Counted from the whole stretch's first letter, positions 24,280 through 36,476 are shown. The stretch: DNA of 63,355 bases, filler included, from Octopus bimaculoides (GCF_001194135.2; 5 parts of 5 records of this genome joined end to end with filler, not necessarily neighbours in it); one strand, 5' to 3'. The notes: generated by a model from the letters alone, not told the origin. Program-made: numbers and translations.

Positions 24280-24605
24280 GGCCGACCAAAGCCTTGTGAG
24301 TGGATTTGGTAGACGGAAACTGAAAGAAGCCCGTCGTATATATATGTATATATATGTATGTATGTGTGTGTGTGTATGTGTTTGTCCCTCCAACATCGCT
24401 TGACAACCGATGGTGGTGTGTTTAAGTCCCCGTAAATTAGCGGTTCGGCAAAAGAGACCGATAGAATAAGTACTAGGCTTACAAAGAATAAGTCCTTGGG
24501 TCGATTTGCTCGACTAAAGGCGGTGCTCCAGCATGGCCGCAATCAAATGACTGAAACAAGTAAAAGAGTAAAAGACTGAAACAAGTAAAAGAGTAAAAGA
24601 GTTCA
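24280..24605 (+). mobile_element. SINE type B with duplicated 3' tail
   Basis: gactgaaacaagtaaaagagtaaaa occurs twice at the 3' end. Confidence 0.85.
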
Positions 24606-24954
24606 AATCGTGGTTGAACTTCCTGTTACATGAATCTACTTTAAAATAGTAATATTTTTCATCAAAAGCCAATCTCCTTTTTAAACAATTGTGTACTAGT
24701 ATGTATTAATCGCTTATATTTCTGTTTTTTAGTTAGGTGGGAGTAAGTGACGTAGGCATGATATAAGTTTGACAATGTGGTTTCAGATTCAATCAGGACA
24801 CCTTCGGCAAGTGTCCCCTCCTTATAGCTTCCGGCAGACCAAAAAGCATGCAAAGGAAATTTGGTAGACAAGAATTGTGAACGCCTACTAGAGGGATTGC
24901 TTCTATTCTTTGTTGGCAAATTTAAATTCCTCACCCGGTTAAACACGACCACTA

Positions 24955-24993
<39 letters not shown>

Positions 24994-25498
24994 CGTGCGT
25001 GCGTACGTGCCTGTGTGTGTACGTGTACGTGTGTGTGTGTGTGTGTGGTGTGCGTGCGTNNNNNNNNNNCGTGTACGTGTGTGTGTGTGTGTGTGTACGT
25101 GTACGTGTGTGTGTGTGTGTGTGTACGTGTACGTGTGTGTGTGTGTGTGTGTGTGTGAAAAACAGCTGAAATAGAACAGCGTTCAAGAGATATCGATTGG
25201 AATAGTACAGGTTTTCACTGCATATGTTAAATTGTAATACGAAGACCGTCCATAATTATTAGGAGCAAATTACGTAGAAAGGATGAGAAAGCCTTATCCC
25301 CAAACTATCTAACATAGCTTCAATTAGCACCGCAAGTCGTTCTTGGAATTCAAAGTTTCTAGAATATTCGACCAGGCTATTTGATAGGAACATTCTAGTT
25401 CCCTTGCCGATCTGATTGGCCGAGTCATGTTCGCTTAGGCGTTAATGTCTTTTATGGCGATACAGTTAAATTTTCATAGCTGGTCTTTTCTATTTTAG

Positions 25499-25560
25499 CA
25501 GTATGGTAGACCGTGTTCTTGAGCAAGGGGACCTGAGTGCAATGGTTCAAAACTCACCAG
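25499..25560 (+). CDS. Candidate small internal exon
   Basis: tcttttctattttag| ... CAG|gtatgt; the only open frame is SMVDRVLEQGDLSAMVQNSP(G); no homology recognised. Confidence 0.3.
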
Positions 25561-28229
25561 GTATGTATGTATGTATGTATGTATGTATGTGAACAATTTC
25601 TATTTTCGGTAAATTCATCCCTATACGTGTGTGAACAATGTCCATTTTCAATTAATTCAACAGCTTTATATCTAAAGTCGCGGGTCTGATAGCTTTATAC
25701 TGTTAGTCAAAGAGGGATTCGATTTTTTTCTGAACTTCAGCTCGAAACGGTGTTTGTGGAAATTAAGGTCAAGCATATTTCTTTTATACTTTGTATTAAA
25801 AGTTGACGCTGCCCGTTTATTTTTTCATTGAATAAGATTTGATTATTTACACGAGCATTTGTTGAACATATTCAGTGAAAAGTACCTCACTCAAGATCAC
25901 GGGACCTGCCTACCATCCGAAAGGATGAAAGGTAAAGTCGACCTCGACAGAATTTGAAATCAGTATGTAAGGAGCCTGAAAGTATTTTGTCCAACTCATT
26001 AACGATTCTCTCAACTCGCTACCTTCTCACTAAAACTAGTTGTCATGATCTCTGTCTTGTTACTGAATATATAAATGTGCAGTGTTTGGATACAGTAGGA
26101 TCAGAAGTGGGAGAATAATAATATCGTAAAAATGAGGAAAAGTAACAACAGATAAACACGAGGAAGCAAAGTAAAAAGTTGAAAGAAAAATAGAGACAGA
26201 ATTAGTATGGGAAAGCAAAATAGGAAGAGACCATAGTCTAAAGACGGACAGAATGAATATGAAAATAAATGAAAAAGTAGAAACAGAAATAGAGAAGTAT
26301 CTTTTCCATTGACTGTGTTTATTCATTTTTATTTTCGCTTCTTAAATAAGATTTTCTTCAGGTTTGATTCTAAATTCAAATTGCTTAATATATTGAAATG
26401 GAATTTATAATATTAGTTATTTATAATCTTATTTCTGTTGCTTTGTTGTAGAAGTATTTAAAGGAAGTATTTTAAAGGAAAACTAGTGAAAGTATCTAGC
26501 AAATTGATTGTAGGGAATTCAGAACTTGAAGAAAACATTGCTGTTTATATAATTTTCTCAATACTACCTTAGATTTTGCATGATATTTTTTAATGCGCAA
26601 AGGCAGCAAAAAGATTTAAAAAGATAGTCTGCAATTTTTCATGAATTTTATTTTTTTATTTTCAAATCTTTTATTCTAGATATACGAAGAAAAATATGAA
26701 AGTTTTCAAAATAAAGTTTCTAGGAAAGTATTATTTTATCAATTCTTTTCTAACAGGGATATTTTGCAAGCTGCAAATCAATGAGAATTTAAGATTTGGG
26801 AATGAAGGCAGCAGTAACGCTGTTCTTTGTTGTTGACGGAAGATCTTTACAGCTGGTCTACAAATTATCATAGCGTTTCAACTTTTCAAAAAATAATATG
26901 AAAGCCCTTATATCAGATCTTGATAAAATTCAACAACACACACCCTCGTGCATGCACGCGCGCGCGCACACGCACATATAGTACCTCAAGAATACATGTC
27001 AAGATACTAAGAGTGTGTGTGTCTGCACAACTTATATCAAGAAAACTCCACTACACCCACCTCCTTAAGCATGAACAATACTGATGCGACGACCGAAAAT
27101 ACAGTTAGCATTATATCCCTATCTCCCGGGCTGGGTTTTGAACCCGTACTCTGGTCAGTTGGGGAGAATGGTATTTCCTTTGTCTTGTCGGCAGCCACAG
27201 CTATTTTTAGCGTAGCTGCCCCTTTCTGGTCAGCGAAAGTTCAAAGACGGCAGGATAGGAATGTACCGACCGACCCATCTTGGCAGGGGGTAAGGTAGCA
27301 CAATGAGCTATGGTATTTGGGATGAATAGGAGAACGAGAATTGGCGGCAAAAGCNNNNNNNNNNNNNNNNNNNNNNNNNNNNNNNNNNNNNNNNNNNNNN
27401 NNNNNNNNNNNNNNNNNNNNNNNNNNNNNNNNNNNNNNNNNNNNNNNNNNNNNNNNNNNNNNNNNNNNNNNNNNNNNNNNNNNNNNNNNNNNNNNNNNNN
27501 NNNNNNNNNNNNNNNNNNNNNNNNNNNNNNNNNNNNNNNNNNNNNNNNNNNNNNNNNNNNNNNNNNNNNNNNNNNNNNNNNNNNNNNNNNNNNNNNNNNN
27601 NNNNNNNNNNNNNNNNNNNNNNNNNNNNNNNNNNNNNNNNNNNNNNNNNNNNNNNNNNNNNNNNNNNNNNNNNNNNNNNNNNNNNNNNNNNNNNNNNNNN
27701 NNNNNNNNNNNNNNNNNNNNNNNNNNNNNNNNNNNNNNNNNNNNNNNNNNNNNNNNNNNNNNNNNNNNNNNNNNNNNNNNNNNNNNNNNNNNNNNNNNNN
27801 NNNNNNNNNNNNNNNNNNNNNNNNNNNNNNNNNNNNNNNNNNNNNNNNNNNNNNNNNNNNNNNNNNNNNNNNNNNNNNNNNNNNNNNNNNNNNNNNNNNN
27901 NNNNNNNNNNNNNNNNNNNNNNNNNNNNNNNNNNNNNNNNNNNNNNNNNNNNNNNNNNNNNNNNNNNNNNNNNNNNNNNNNNNNNNNNNNNNNNNNNNNN
28001 NNNNNNNNNNNNNNNNNNNNNNNNNNNNNNNNNNNNNNNNNNNNNNNNNNNNNNNNNNNNNNNNNNNNNNNNNNNNNNNNNNNNNNNNNNNNNNNNNNNN
28101 NNNNNNNNNNNNNNNNNNNNNNNNNNNNNNNNNNNNNNNNNNNNNNNNNNNNNNNNNNNNNNNNNNNNNNNNNNNNNNNNNNNNNNNNNNNNNNNNNNNN
28201 NNNNNNNTCTAATGTTTTAAATGTATTCT

Positions 28230-28470
28230 GTGATGTTATGTATGTAAAAAGAAAAGGTTACCCAACGCATGGTCTTCGTGTTGTTTCTTCCTCCCCGTCC
28301 TATTTGCCTGTGTTGTTCTTCGTTACGTGCTCCGGCCGGGGCTTTATTATCGGTCAGGATTGTACCGACAGACGAATTTTGCTAGCTCACTGAGCGTATG
28401 AACGTTCGCGCGTGCGCGAGTCCCCTCTTCGGTGTTGAGGAGGTGCTTCGCGTGCGGGCGTTCGTAACAA
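28230..28470. mobile_element. CpG-rich segment, possible LTR
   Basis: High CpG; tgttatg...cgtaaca imperfect TG..CA ends; no TSD visible; next to a gap. Confidence 0.3.
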
Positions 28471-29682
28471 TACTCAGGTAGAACCCTTGCAGTCACTCCA
28501 TATGCTGAGCCTGACAATCATCAAGGATTTCTCCTGGCAAAACAAATCCTTCGCAAAACTAGGACCGCATTCCAAAATCTAACTCTTCAATCCCAAACAA
28601 TTATTGGCATTCAACAAAATTTAAAATATTCATAGAATTATTGAAATAATAATAATGGATTTAATATTAGATTTATAAGTATTGTCTTACAATAATTAGA
28701 ATTTTCATGATTTCAACCAGAAATGATTTAGAAACTGTTCAGTTAAATATCCTTGTGTAGTTATCTATGAATACACACGTATAATGAGATGCTCTTTCAT
28801 TGACGTGTCATAGAGTGATTGTATGTTGTAAGTATATGGAATCAGAGTAGGGAAAGAGGACTCACCATAATGCGTGTAGTGAATGTGGTATATAGAGCGT
28901 ACAGTTTGTAAATATCTGCAGCAGCAAGCAGAAATGGATATATAGAGAAGCAAATATGTTATGGCTTCTTTCTAGTAATGCTTTCTATAAAGTAAAGTTT
29001 GGTGATGCATAGTTTATTGTGAAAAGAGTTGTCAAATTTGGAAACTATTAAGAATATATCTGAATCAAGAGAGAAAATAAAAACGCTATAACTGCAAGTA
29101 TGCTTGTGTATCATTAAAGCGACGTCTAAATTCCCCAAAGTAGTTATCAAAAATACTATTATAGATGCGATAAAAAAGCATTTTAAAATCTCCGTGCCCA
29201 AATGTTGACATTAATATTAACGATTGCGTAAGAAGCACAAGCATCTTCTAAATTAAATTTCGTATTCTGGCTAAAGATTCTCTTAAATTTTTCTTCGATT
29301 TTTCTCATCTTCAAATTATTCAACACAGTATGTATTAATAAGACAGTTTCCTATAGACAAATCGCAAACCTAAAATTGTAACAAAATTTAGCGCATGGAG
29401 AATGTGGCTAGTAATCTGTTTCAAATTACTAAAAATTGTTTCAATTCTGATGTCTATGCTAGAACTGTCTTTTTCTACATTTTGAAACACTTGCACTAAC
29501 TTCATAGTTGGAGGGTATTGGGATAATTGTTGCTAAATGCCCTCACCATCATTGTGCTAAATAAACTCAAATTTGTACCTTTTTGAGTACAGTAAACTTC
29601 TTTGGCCCTCATAGAAAGTTATAAATAGTATTACATACTAAAAGAAAATACTTCAATATCATTACTGTCTTCAGCTGCATGA

Positions 29683-29840
29683 GCAAGGGACCATCTTAAA
29701 AGCATTATAACATCTCCAGGCAAAGTAATGCATTGGAACCCCTACATATACAACCACAGCATACACAAATAGGTATTGGATCCTAAGACCCATGGAGCCC
29801 CCAAGTAAGTGCACGGTATGCCCATGCTTTAATAGGACAT
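29683..29840. mobile_element. Degenerate non-autonomous DNA transposon end (CAGGGCCG-like)
   Basis: caagggaccatcttaaaagcattata...ggcaaagtaatgcattggaacccct resembles hAT-type MITE ends (from recall). Confidence 0.3.
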
Positions 29841-30339
29841 TAGTGTGAACAAGAATTATGCATGACATATGACTGAAGTAGTGCACGTACAGGATCCCTT
29901 TCCGATTTTTCACTGTATAATTTTGGAGACAGCTGGACATTAACCAGAGCATCACAATAGCATTGAGATAAAATGTTTTTGAGCATATTCAACAGTTTCA
30001 GTCTTTGAGTCTTCAACTATAATGAAAGTGTTCAGGCTTTCTGAAATTATTCCTGTTTTTACAAACCTCACAATAACAGAAATATTTAGTGTTAAGATCA
30101 CGAGTTCTGTCATGTTTAGTAATAAAACAAGGAATATATGACTGTCGAATGTTATTGATCATTTGATTCAAAACTATTGAGTCATCCCATGAATAATGCA
30201 GTTTTTTCAATTGCATGAACTAAAAGTCGGAGGGGGACGGGATAAACTACCTGCATCAACTTACTATAAAAGCGAGTAGTAATTTTACCTTGAACTTATC
30301 CTAAGTGCAAGTTTTGAAGAGTGCAGTTCTATTTTAGCA

Positions 30340-30440
30340 GTTATAAAGGAAGTGACAAAGGAGCATATCTTGCTTTATGAGTTCAATAAAGTCAACAGCG
30401 CAACAGAAATTGTGCATAAATATTAATGCAGTATATGACG
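30340..30440 (+). mobile_element. mariner transposase N-terminal fragment (Hsmar1-like)
   Basis: EHILLYEFNKVNSATEI../NINAVY resembles the RHILLYEF..G..A.E..RNIN motif. Confidence 0.55.
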
Positions 30441-30444
30441 CAAT

Positions 30445-31168
30445 ACACTGCCAGAAATTTGGAAACGACATGTTGTACTGCTTAGCATTCGCACCGGAAG
30501 CTCCAATGCGAATATTTCAGAGTGTTTGGGTGTCAATCTGAGAACATGTACCGAAAGTGATAAAAATCAAACATCCAGTCAACATCATACTGTTCGGAGT
30601 AATCACTAGGGATGGCGACGCTATGCTTCCATTCATCTTTCAACACGGCCTCAGTCTCAACACAGGGGCCTACATTAAGTGCCTGGAGGAGGTAGTGCTT
30701 CCCTAGCTCAAGAGGGTGGCTGCTGGAAGACCCTGTCTGACAACAGAACTCTGCATCATGCCACACAAGCAGAAGAACCTAGTCATTGCTCTCAGACAAT
30801 TCTCTGCGAACACATCACCCCTAACATCTGGCCACCTGACTCCCCAAACTGCAACCCCCTAGATTATTATGTGTAGGGCGCAATTGAGCGAAAGACCAAC
30901 AAAACTCCTTCATCCAAAGATGAACTGAAGGCAAGGATTATAGCAGCATTCACCAACTTAAACAAGGAGACTGTCCAGAGGTGATGCAGAAGATTCCGAA
31001 GTCGTTTGGAGGCCTTGGTTGAAGCCAATGGCGATTTTATTGAATGAATTTATTCTTTAGCATTTCAAGATATTTTTATGTAATTTTGGTAAATATATCT
31101 GTTAAAATGAGATGACAGTGTCATTTTCATTTTTGTGCAATTTAGACGAGTTTATTCACCGCGCCCTG
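30445..31168 (+). mobile_element. Internally deleted maT-type (DD37D) Tc1/mariner element
   Basis: HPVNIILFGVITRDGDAMLPFIF...QQNSASCHTSRRT...WPPDSPNCNPLDYYV...RFRSRLEALVEANGDFIE*; 37 residues lie between the second catalytic position and the final D; 3' end gcgccctg|TA at 31168. Confidence 0.85.
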
Positions 31169-31204
31169 TATATATATATTTGTATATATATATGCATATA
31201 TATA

Positions 31205-31465
31205 TGTAGAATTAGCAGGAATTGTGTATTCAACAATAGTTGCATTAGAAAGGAAGTAGTATATCAATGTGTAGTAAGTACGCAATCTGGTAATAAGATA
31301 TGTAGGAGCAACCCAGAATAATATGAAACACAGACTTAATTACCATAGATACACCTTTAGAAACAGAAATAGGAGAAATTCAACAGGATTGAGCAACTAC
31401 ATATGGGAACTTAAGAATAGGAGAATTGAGTATAATCTACATTGGAAGATTTTAACCACAGCACA
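31205..31465 (+). mobile_element. Penelope-like element GIY-YIG endonuclease remnant
   Basis: NCVFNNSCIRKEVVYQCVV...(frameshift)YVGATQNNMKHRLNYHRYTFRN...STGLSNYIWELK....YNLHWKIL is the PLE GIY-YIG signature. Confidence 0.85.
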
Positions 31466-31476
31466 CACACGCATAC

Positions 31477-31507
<31 letters not shown>

Positions 31508-32191
31508 CTTATAAAGTGGCACCTATTTTAGAAATGTCCCAAACGAGTCGTTATTGAAACATTCTGTTGATATGAAATTTGGAATTATTAACTTCATAAA
31601 CAATTATCTTGAGTTTCGCAAGAATGATAATTTGACAACTTTTCAAACAGTAGTTTTCTGGCAAATTTTGAAGTCTACTTTGAATGAAGAAAATGTGCCA
31701 AATGTTTTATGTATGACTTGGCTTTGCTTTTGTTATTGTTGTTGAATATTAGGTCAGCTCTGAAAGGGAAAACATATAATCATCCTGACTTTGTTTTGAC
31801 ACATGGTGAATCGAAGAGTACATTATTCAATGCATTTGTCCACTTGTTTTTTAAGAGAGTAGGATGTGATTTAAGTAAGATTTGGTTGTTATGTTAAACA
31901 ACAGATATAGTGTTTGTACAGAGGTTGTCTCATTGATTTCAAAGGTTTAGGTTGTTAAATAAGGTTAAGAATGTTGGTGATTGTTGTTTAACCCTACTCA
32001 ACTCAGACTGAGAAAACCTACATTCAAAGACGTTCCAGTCATGAACATCCAATCATTTCTAGATTATAATGTATTTAAAACTACATTATCGGGTGTGTCT
32101 TTCCTTTTTTATTATTGATGGAATTATTATGGCTTAGCAGCATTTCCTCTGGTTCTTTACATTCTGAGTTCAAATTCTACAGCAGTCAATT

Positions 32192-32390
32192 TTAGCCCTT
32201 TAGCAATCACATTATTCTTTCAAATGTAGTGCTTATTTATTCATATTATTTTGAATTAGCTTTGAGATTTTGATGAGATAATTTTAAATTTTAGAATGAT
32301 ATTGTAGGGTTGGTGTGAGAAGCCAGATCTGGCCAGTTTGAACATACAACATGTAGAATATTTCGGCTGGATATGGCCAGCTTAAATAAT
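32192..32390 (-). mobile_element. TTAA-type MITE (same family as 941-1135)
   Basis: ttagccctttagca end; body is the reverse complement of 955-1130. Confidence 0.55.
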
Positions 32391-34611
32391 AAAATAAGTA
32401 CCAATCAAAACACTGAAGTTCATGCAATCATCTTATCCTCTCCCACTAAAGTTGCTAGCTTTGTGCCAAAACTTGAAATCATTATAAGGTTTTATTTGAG
32501 AGAAACTTTGCTATATATTTCTAACATAACAAACAACTGCATAAAGTCTTCCAGAGTGACAGTTATTTAAGTTGAAATCTTTCTTTGTAACTCATTAGAC
32601 AGAAGTAATATTATTAGTGCCACAAATAGAAGAGTATAATATTCTAGATAGTCTCCCAGATTAAAGAGCTTTCTTTATAAGTAAATAGAATATGTTAGTA
32701 TTTTGATGATTGAATTTTACTGAAGGAGGAAGATTGAAATGGATGAACACGAGGATTTTTTGGGATGTTTGACCTAAAATGGTATGGACAAAGGGAAGTC
32801 AGAAATAGGAGTAAAAAAAACGGAAACAGATGAAAGAAAATCAGAAGAGAATTCTCATAAAAATGGGCAAGAGGAAAGAGAATGCAACAGGCACAATGGG
32901 GGAGAGAATGTACATTGAAAAAGGCCAAACCATACCCATTTGACAGTCACCTAAATAGAAAACAATGAAAAAATAAATTATGTAATTATTGATTTTTAAC
33001 ATAAGTACATGGCTGTACACTTTGAATGGGGTGTATAGTCAATTATATTGACTGCAGCAACTGACAAGTATTTTATTTTATTGACCATGGTACAATGGAA
33101 AACAAAATCACCTCTGGTGGGATTTCAACCCAGAATGTAATGGACTGGACTAAATTATTGACACAAACATATTTTTTTGAATAAATGATTTACAAATACT
33201 GATCAAGACTTCCATGCTATTTAACATTAGCAAGTTTGTTAGACAAAGCTGTCAGCACTTAACAGCTATTTAAATATAAAATAACACAATAAGAAATATT
33301 AATAGAAAAATGTCTGATCTATTTCTTCTATACCTGATTTATTCACAATGTGATTTAAGAAGAGTGCTGCTCTTCATGGCGTAGAGTATAATTTGTTAGA
33401 ACGTCTACTAACAATCATAACCTCTAGCTACATGGCAACAGACAACATTGAAGACTAAATTATGAAACAATATCTTTCTTTCTTTTTTCCTTTTTTTTAG
33501 AAAATTACCATGTTGCTGCTCAGATGGTTTCCATAAAAATATTGAGTCTGTCTGTAAATTAAGTTAACAAAGTTATGACATAATATAAAGAAATTATGCA
33601 ATAAAAGTGTTAGACATTTCTCTTAAAATTCTAACACAGCTATTATATTTTGCACTACTGCAGAAAAGTATTTGAAAAATTCATGCAGATTACACCCTAC
33701 ACTTATCTCTGATATCACTCTCATCTTCAACTGCTTCTATTTGTCCACTAAGTGGTGGGAATATAATAATTTGTAGGGAAAGGAATATTCTTAAACTGAT
33801 AACTTGCAACAAAAATATAATAGAAGACTGAGTCAAATGTTATTGGTAGACTTGTATACAATTAGTTTGATTACTTTATTTAATTAGTTGTTTGTTTGAT
33901 TAATTTCTAAGGAAGAACTGACCATAATAATTAACTTAGAAGATTAATGCTTTCTCAGAGATTTTAATCATTTCAGATAATATAAATGATGTGAGAAATG
34001 TTGAAATTAAACAGATCAAGGTTTATAATTCCTTTTATATTACACTTTCTAGCAAATAGTAAGTTAACTTGTATGCTCTCTTTCTTAGAAAGTAAATCAA
34101 TTAGATAACAGCAACAAGAATCAAAAATGCTGTTAAATGTCTTGTTAATAAACTTGTTTTTCTTCAGGAAGAGGTTCTATGTAGTTGCTTGATCTGCTAA
34201 GACAATCATAAATAAAATCTAGACAATTTCAAAAATTATATATGTGGATTTTTGACTGAGATCAGTCCTTTTGACTGTGAAATAGAGATAATAAATATTT
34301 TCTAATAAATAGACTATACTAAGCTGAGAAATATACCTCATATAAAAGCAATGACCTGGACAAGGCATTAAACTACATTCAGTGATAAGGCTCCAACCAT
34401 GAAACAATTATGAGGAATATGGAGTTATCTGTTAGTCACCACTACTCCCAGGTCTACTCTGGCTCAGAGTAGCAGTACCTATCAAGAGCCCCATTCATGG
34501 GTCAAATAGCAGAAGATAAGTCCTATGACTTAGGCATACAGGACCCAGAGAAGAACTGGGTCCTAGACATGTGTCATGCAAGCTCACTAGAGTGTGAACT
34601 TGCCCTGATAT

Positions 34612-34656
<45 letters not shown>

Positions 34657-35101
34657 ATCACTTCCATGCCTAAAGGTTAAATAGACCTTGTGCCTCAAGG
34701 GAAAGCTCAAGAGGAGAGAATTCTAACAGAGTAAACTGTTAATAAACTGGTAGAAAGCATCAGGAAACCATTAACTGTATCTTTCTCAAGAAAATTCATG
34801 TATCATCAGACTTTATATAATACAGACAACTGGAATACATGCAAAGTTGAGTGTGGGATAGGAAGATACAGAGGTCCATGATTGTTGATGTCTGTATATA
34901 TGGCACATGAAGATACATATATACATATATAAAATATTTTATGATTATATACATAATTATAACAAGGGGTCAGCTTTATTTCTCACCACGCACCGTAAGA
35001 AATAGATGCTAAAGTCCTTTTTACTGCCTTAAAATCTCCGAGAATAAAACACTTTATTATAGGCAGGCAAAAGAAAAATAATGAATTAATAAGGCTAATT
35101 A

Positions 35102-35142
35102 ACTACGGACGCGTTTTACTTACTGTTACTCTTCAGCATAGT
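35102..35142 (-). ncRNA. Decayed type I hammerhead motif, left arm
   Basis: ACTATG-CTGAAGA-GTAACAGTAAGT-AAAA-CGCG-TC-CGTAGT; stem I 6 bp with one G-U; palindromic stem III ACGCGT; G12 and the 3' side of stem II are lost. Confidence 0.6.
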
Positions 35143-35375
35143 ATTTCGTATAAGTTCACGAGTATTTCAAAATATGCATGCGATCAGCGTCATCGTATGT
35201 CCAATATCTATCCACACTCGTAAAAATATACTGTCGACTATGATTCATATCTTTCTTTTATACCCACGTGTGTGTTAAGATCTAGACCACAGTATAAAAG
35301 AAAGATATGAATTGGCAGTATACGATGATGCTGATTGCATGCATATTTTGAAATACTCATGAACTTATATGAAAT

Positions 35376-35440
35376 ACTATGCTGAAGAGTAACAGTAAGT
35401 AAAATTATTTTTTATTTTTAGTTCAAAACGCATCCATAGT
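35376..35440 (+). ncRNA. Decayed type I hammerhead motif, right arm
   Basis: ACTATG-CTGAAGA-GTAAC...GTTC-AAAA-CGCA-TC-CATAGT; perfect 6-bp stem I; CGAAA>CAAAA and CGCG>CGCA are CpG decays. Confidence 0.6.
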
Positions 35441-35844
35441 TAATTAGCCTTATTGATTCATTATTTTTCTTTTGCTTGCCTGCAATAAAGTGTGTTATTC
35501 TTGGAGATTTTAAGGTAGTAAAAAAAACTTTAGCATCTATTTCTTATGGTACATGGTGAGGCATAAAGCCAACCTCTTGTTATAATTATGTATATAATTA
35601 TAAAATATTTTGTAAAATTTACCTATAAAGTCTTTATTTCTGCACTGGCTTCCAAGTAAAATTATTATTGATTTTACCCTTCATTATTAAAAAATGATAT
35701 TTGAATATATATATATAAGTATATATATATAGTTCAAAAACACAATAACAAAAAAACAACAAAGTGAGGACGTGATATGGATAGTATTATTGGACGCTCA
35801 GGAAAGGAAAGAGAGAGTGTATGTATATATATATATATATATAT

Positions 35845-36060
35845 TTTCATTCTTTTATTCTTTTACTTGTTTCAGTCATTTGACTGCAACCATGCTAGAG
35901 CACCACATTTAGTTGAACAAATCGACCCCAGAACTTATTCTATGCAAGCCTAGTACTTATCCTATCAGTCTCTTTTAACGAACCACTAAATTATGGGTAA
36001 AAATACAAACATCAGTTGTCAAGTGATGGTGGGGGAACAAACACAGACACAAAAATACAT
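35845..36060 (-). mobile_element. SINE type B, 3' half
   Basis: cttttacttgtttcagtcatttgactgc...gtgatggtggggg. Confidence 0.8.
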
Positions 36061-36180
36061 ACATACATGCATACATATATNNNNNNNNNNNNNNNNNNNN
36101 NNNNNNNNNNNNNNNNNNNNNNNNTTAATTAATTAANNNNNNNNNNNNNNNNNNNNNNNNNNNNNNNNNNNNNNNNNNNN

Positions 36181-36224
<44 letters not shown>

Positions 36225-36440
36225 TTATATATACATATATATATTTATATATGCATAATGCAGATATACACCTAAACTTATATATAATAGATACATATAT
36301 CTATACATACATATGCATACACCAATAGGCGTGTGTATATATATATATATAGTTCAAATTTACCGAAAACAAAAGACGAAGGCAGGTGAAGGAACAACAA
36401 GCAGGTGTATTAGTTTGACGCTCGGGAAGAATGGAAAAGT

Positions 36441-36476
36441 CTTTGACATTTCGAGCCTACGTTCTTCGACAGAAAG
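36441..36476 (-). ncRNA. Minimal hammerhead-like motif with variant core
   Basis: CTTT-CTGTCGA-A-GAAC(GTAG)GCTC-GAAA-TG-TC-AAAG; stem I CTTT/AAAG; core differs from CUGANGA at A6. Confidence 0.5.

Larger units (their letters stand above)
34931..35611. repeat. 681-bp imperfect palindrome (inverted Penelope-like pLTR pair)
   Basis: Arms 34931-35263 and 35292-35611 align base by base with three indels; 28-nt loop. Confidence 0.92.

Noticed and set aside
34150-34200. Strong plus-strand acceptor ttgtttttcttcag|gaagag
   Set aside because: All frames stop within 11 codons, and the sequence looks repeat-derived.
34931-35611. A-to-I editing plus retro-insertion as the cause of the arm differences
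   Set aside because: The differences include both C/T and G/A on the same arm and are concentrated at CpG; this fits deamination of 5mC, not ADAR.
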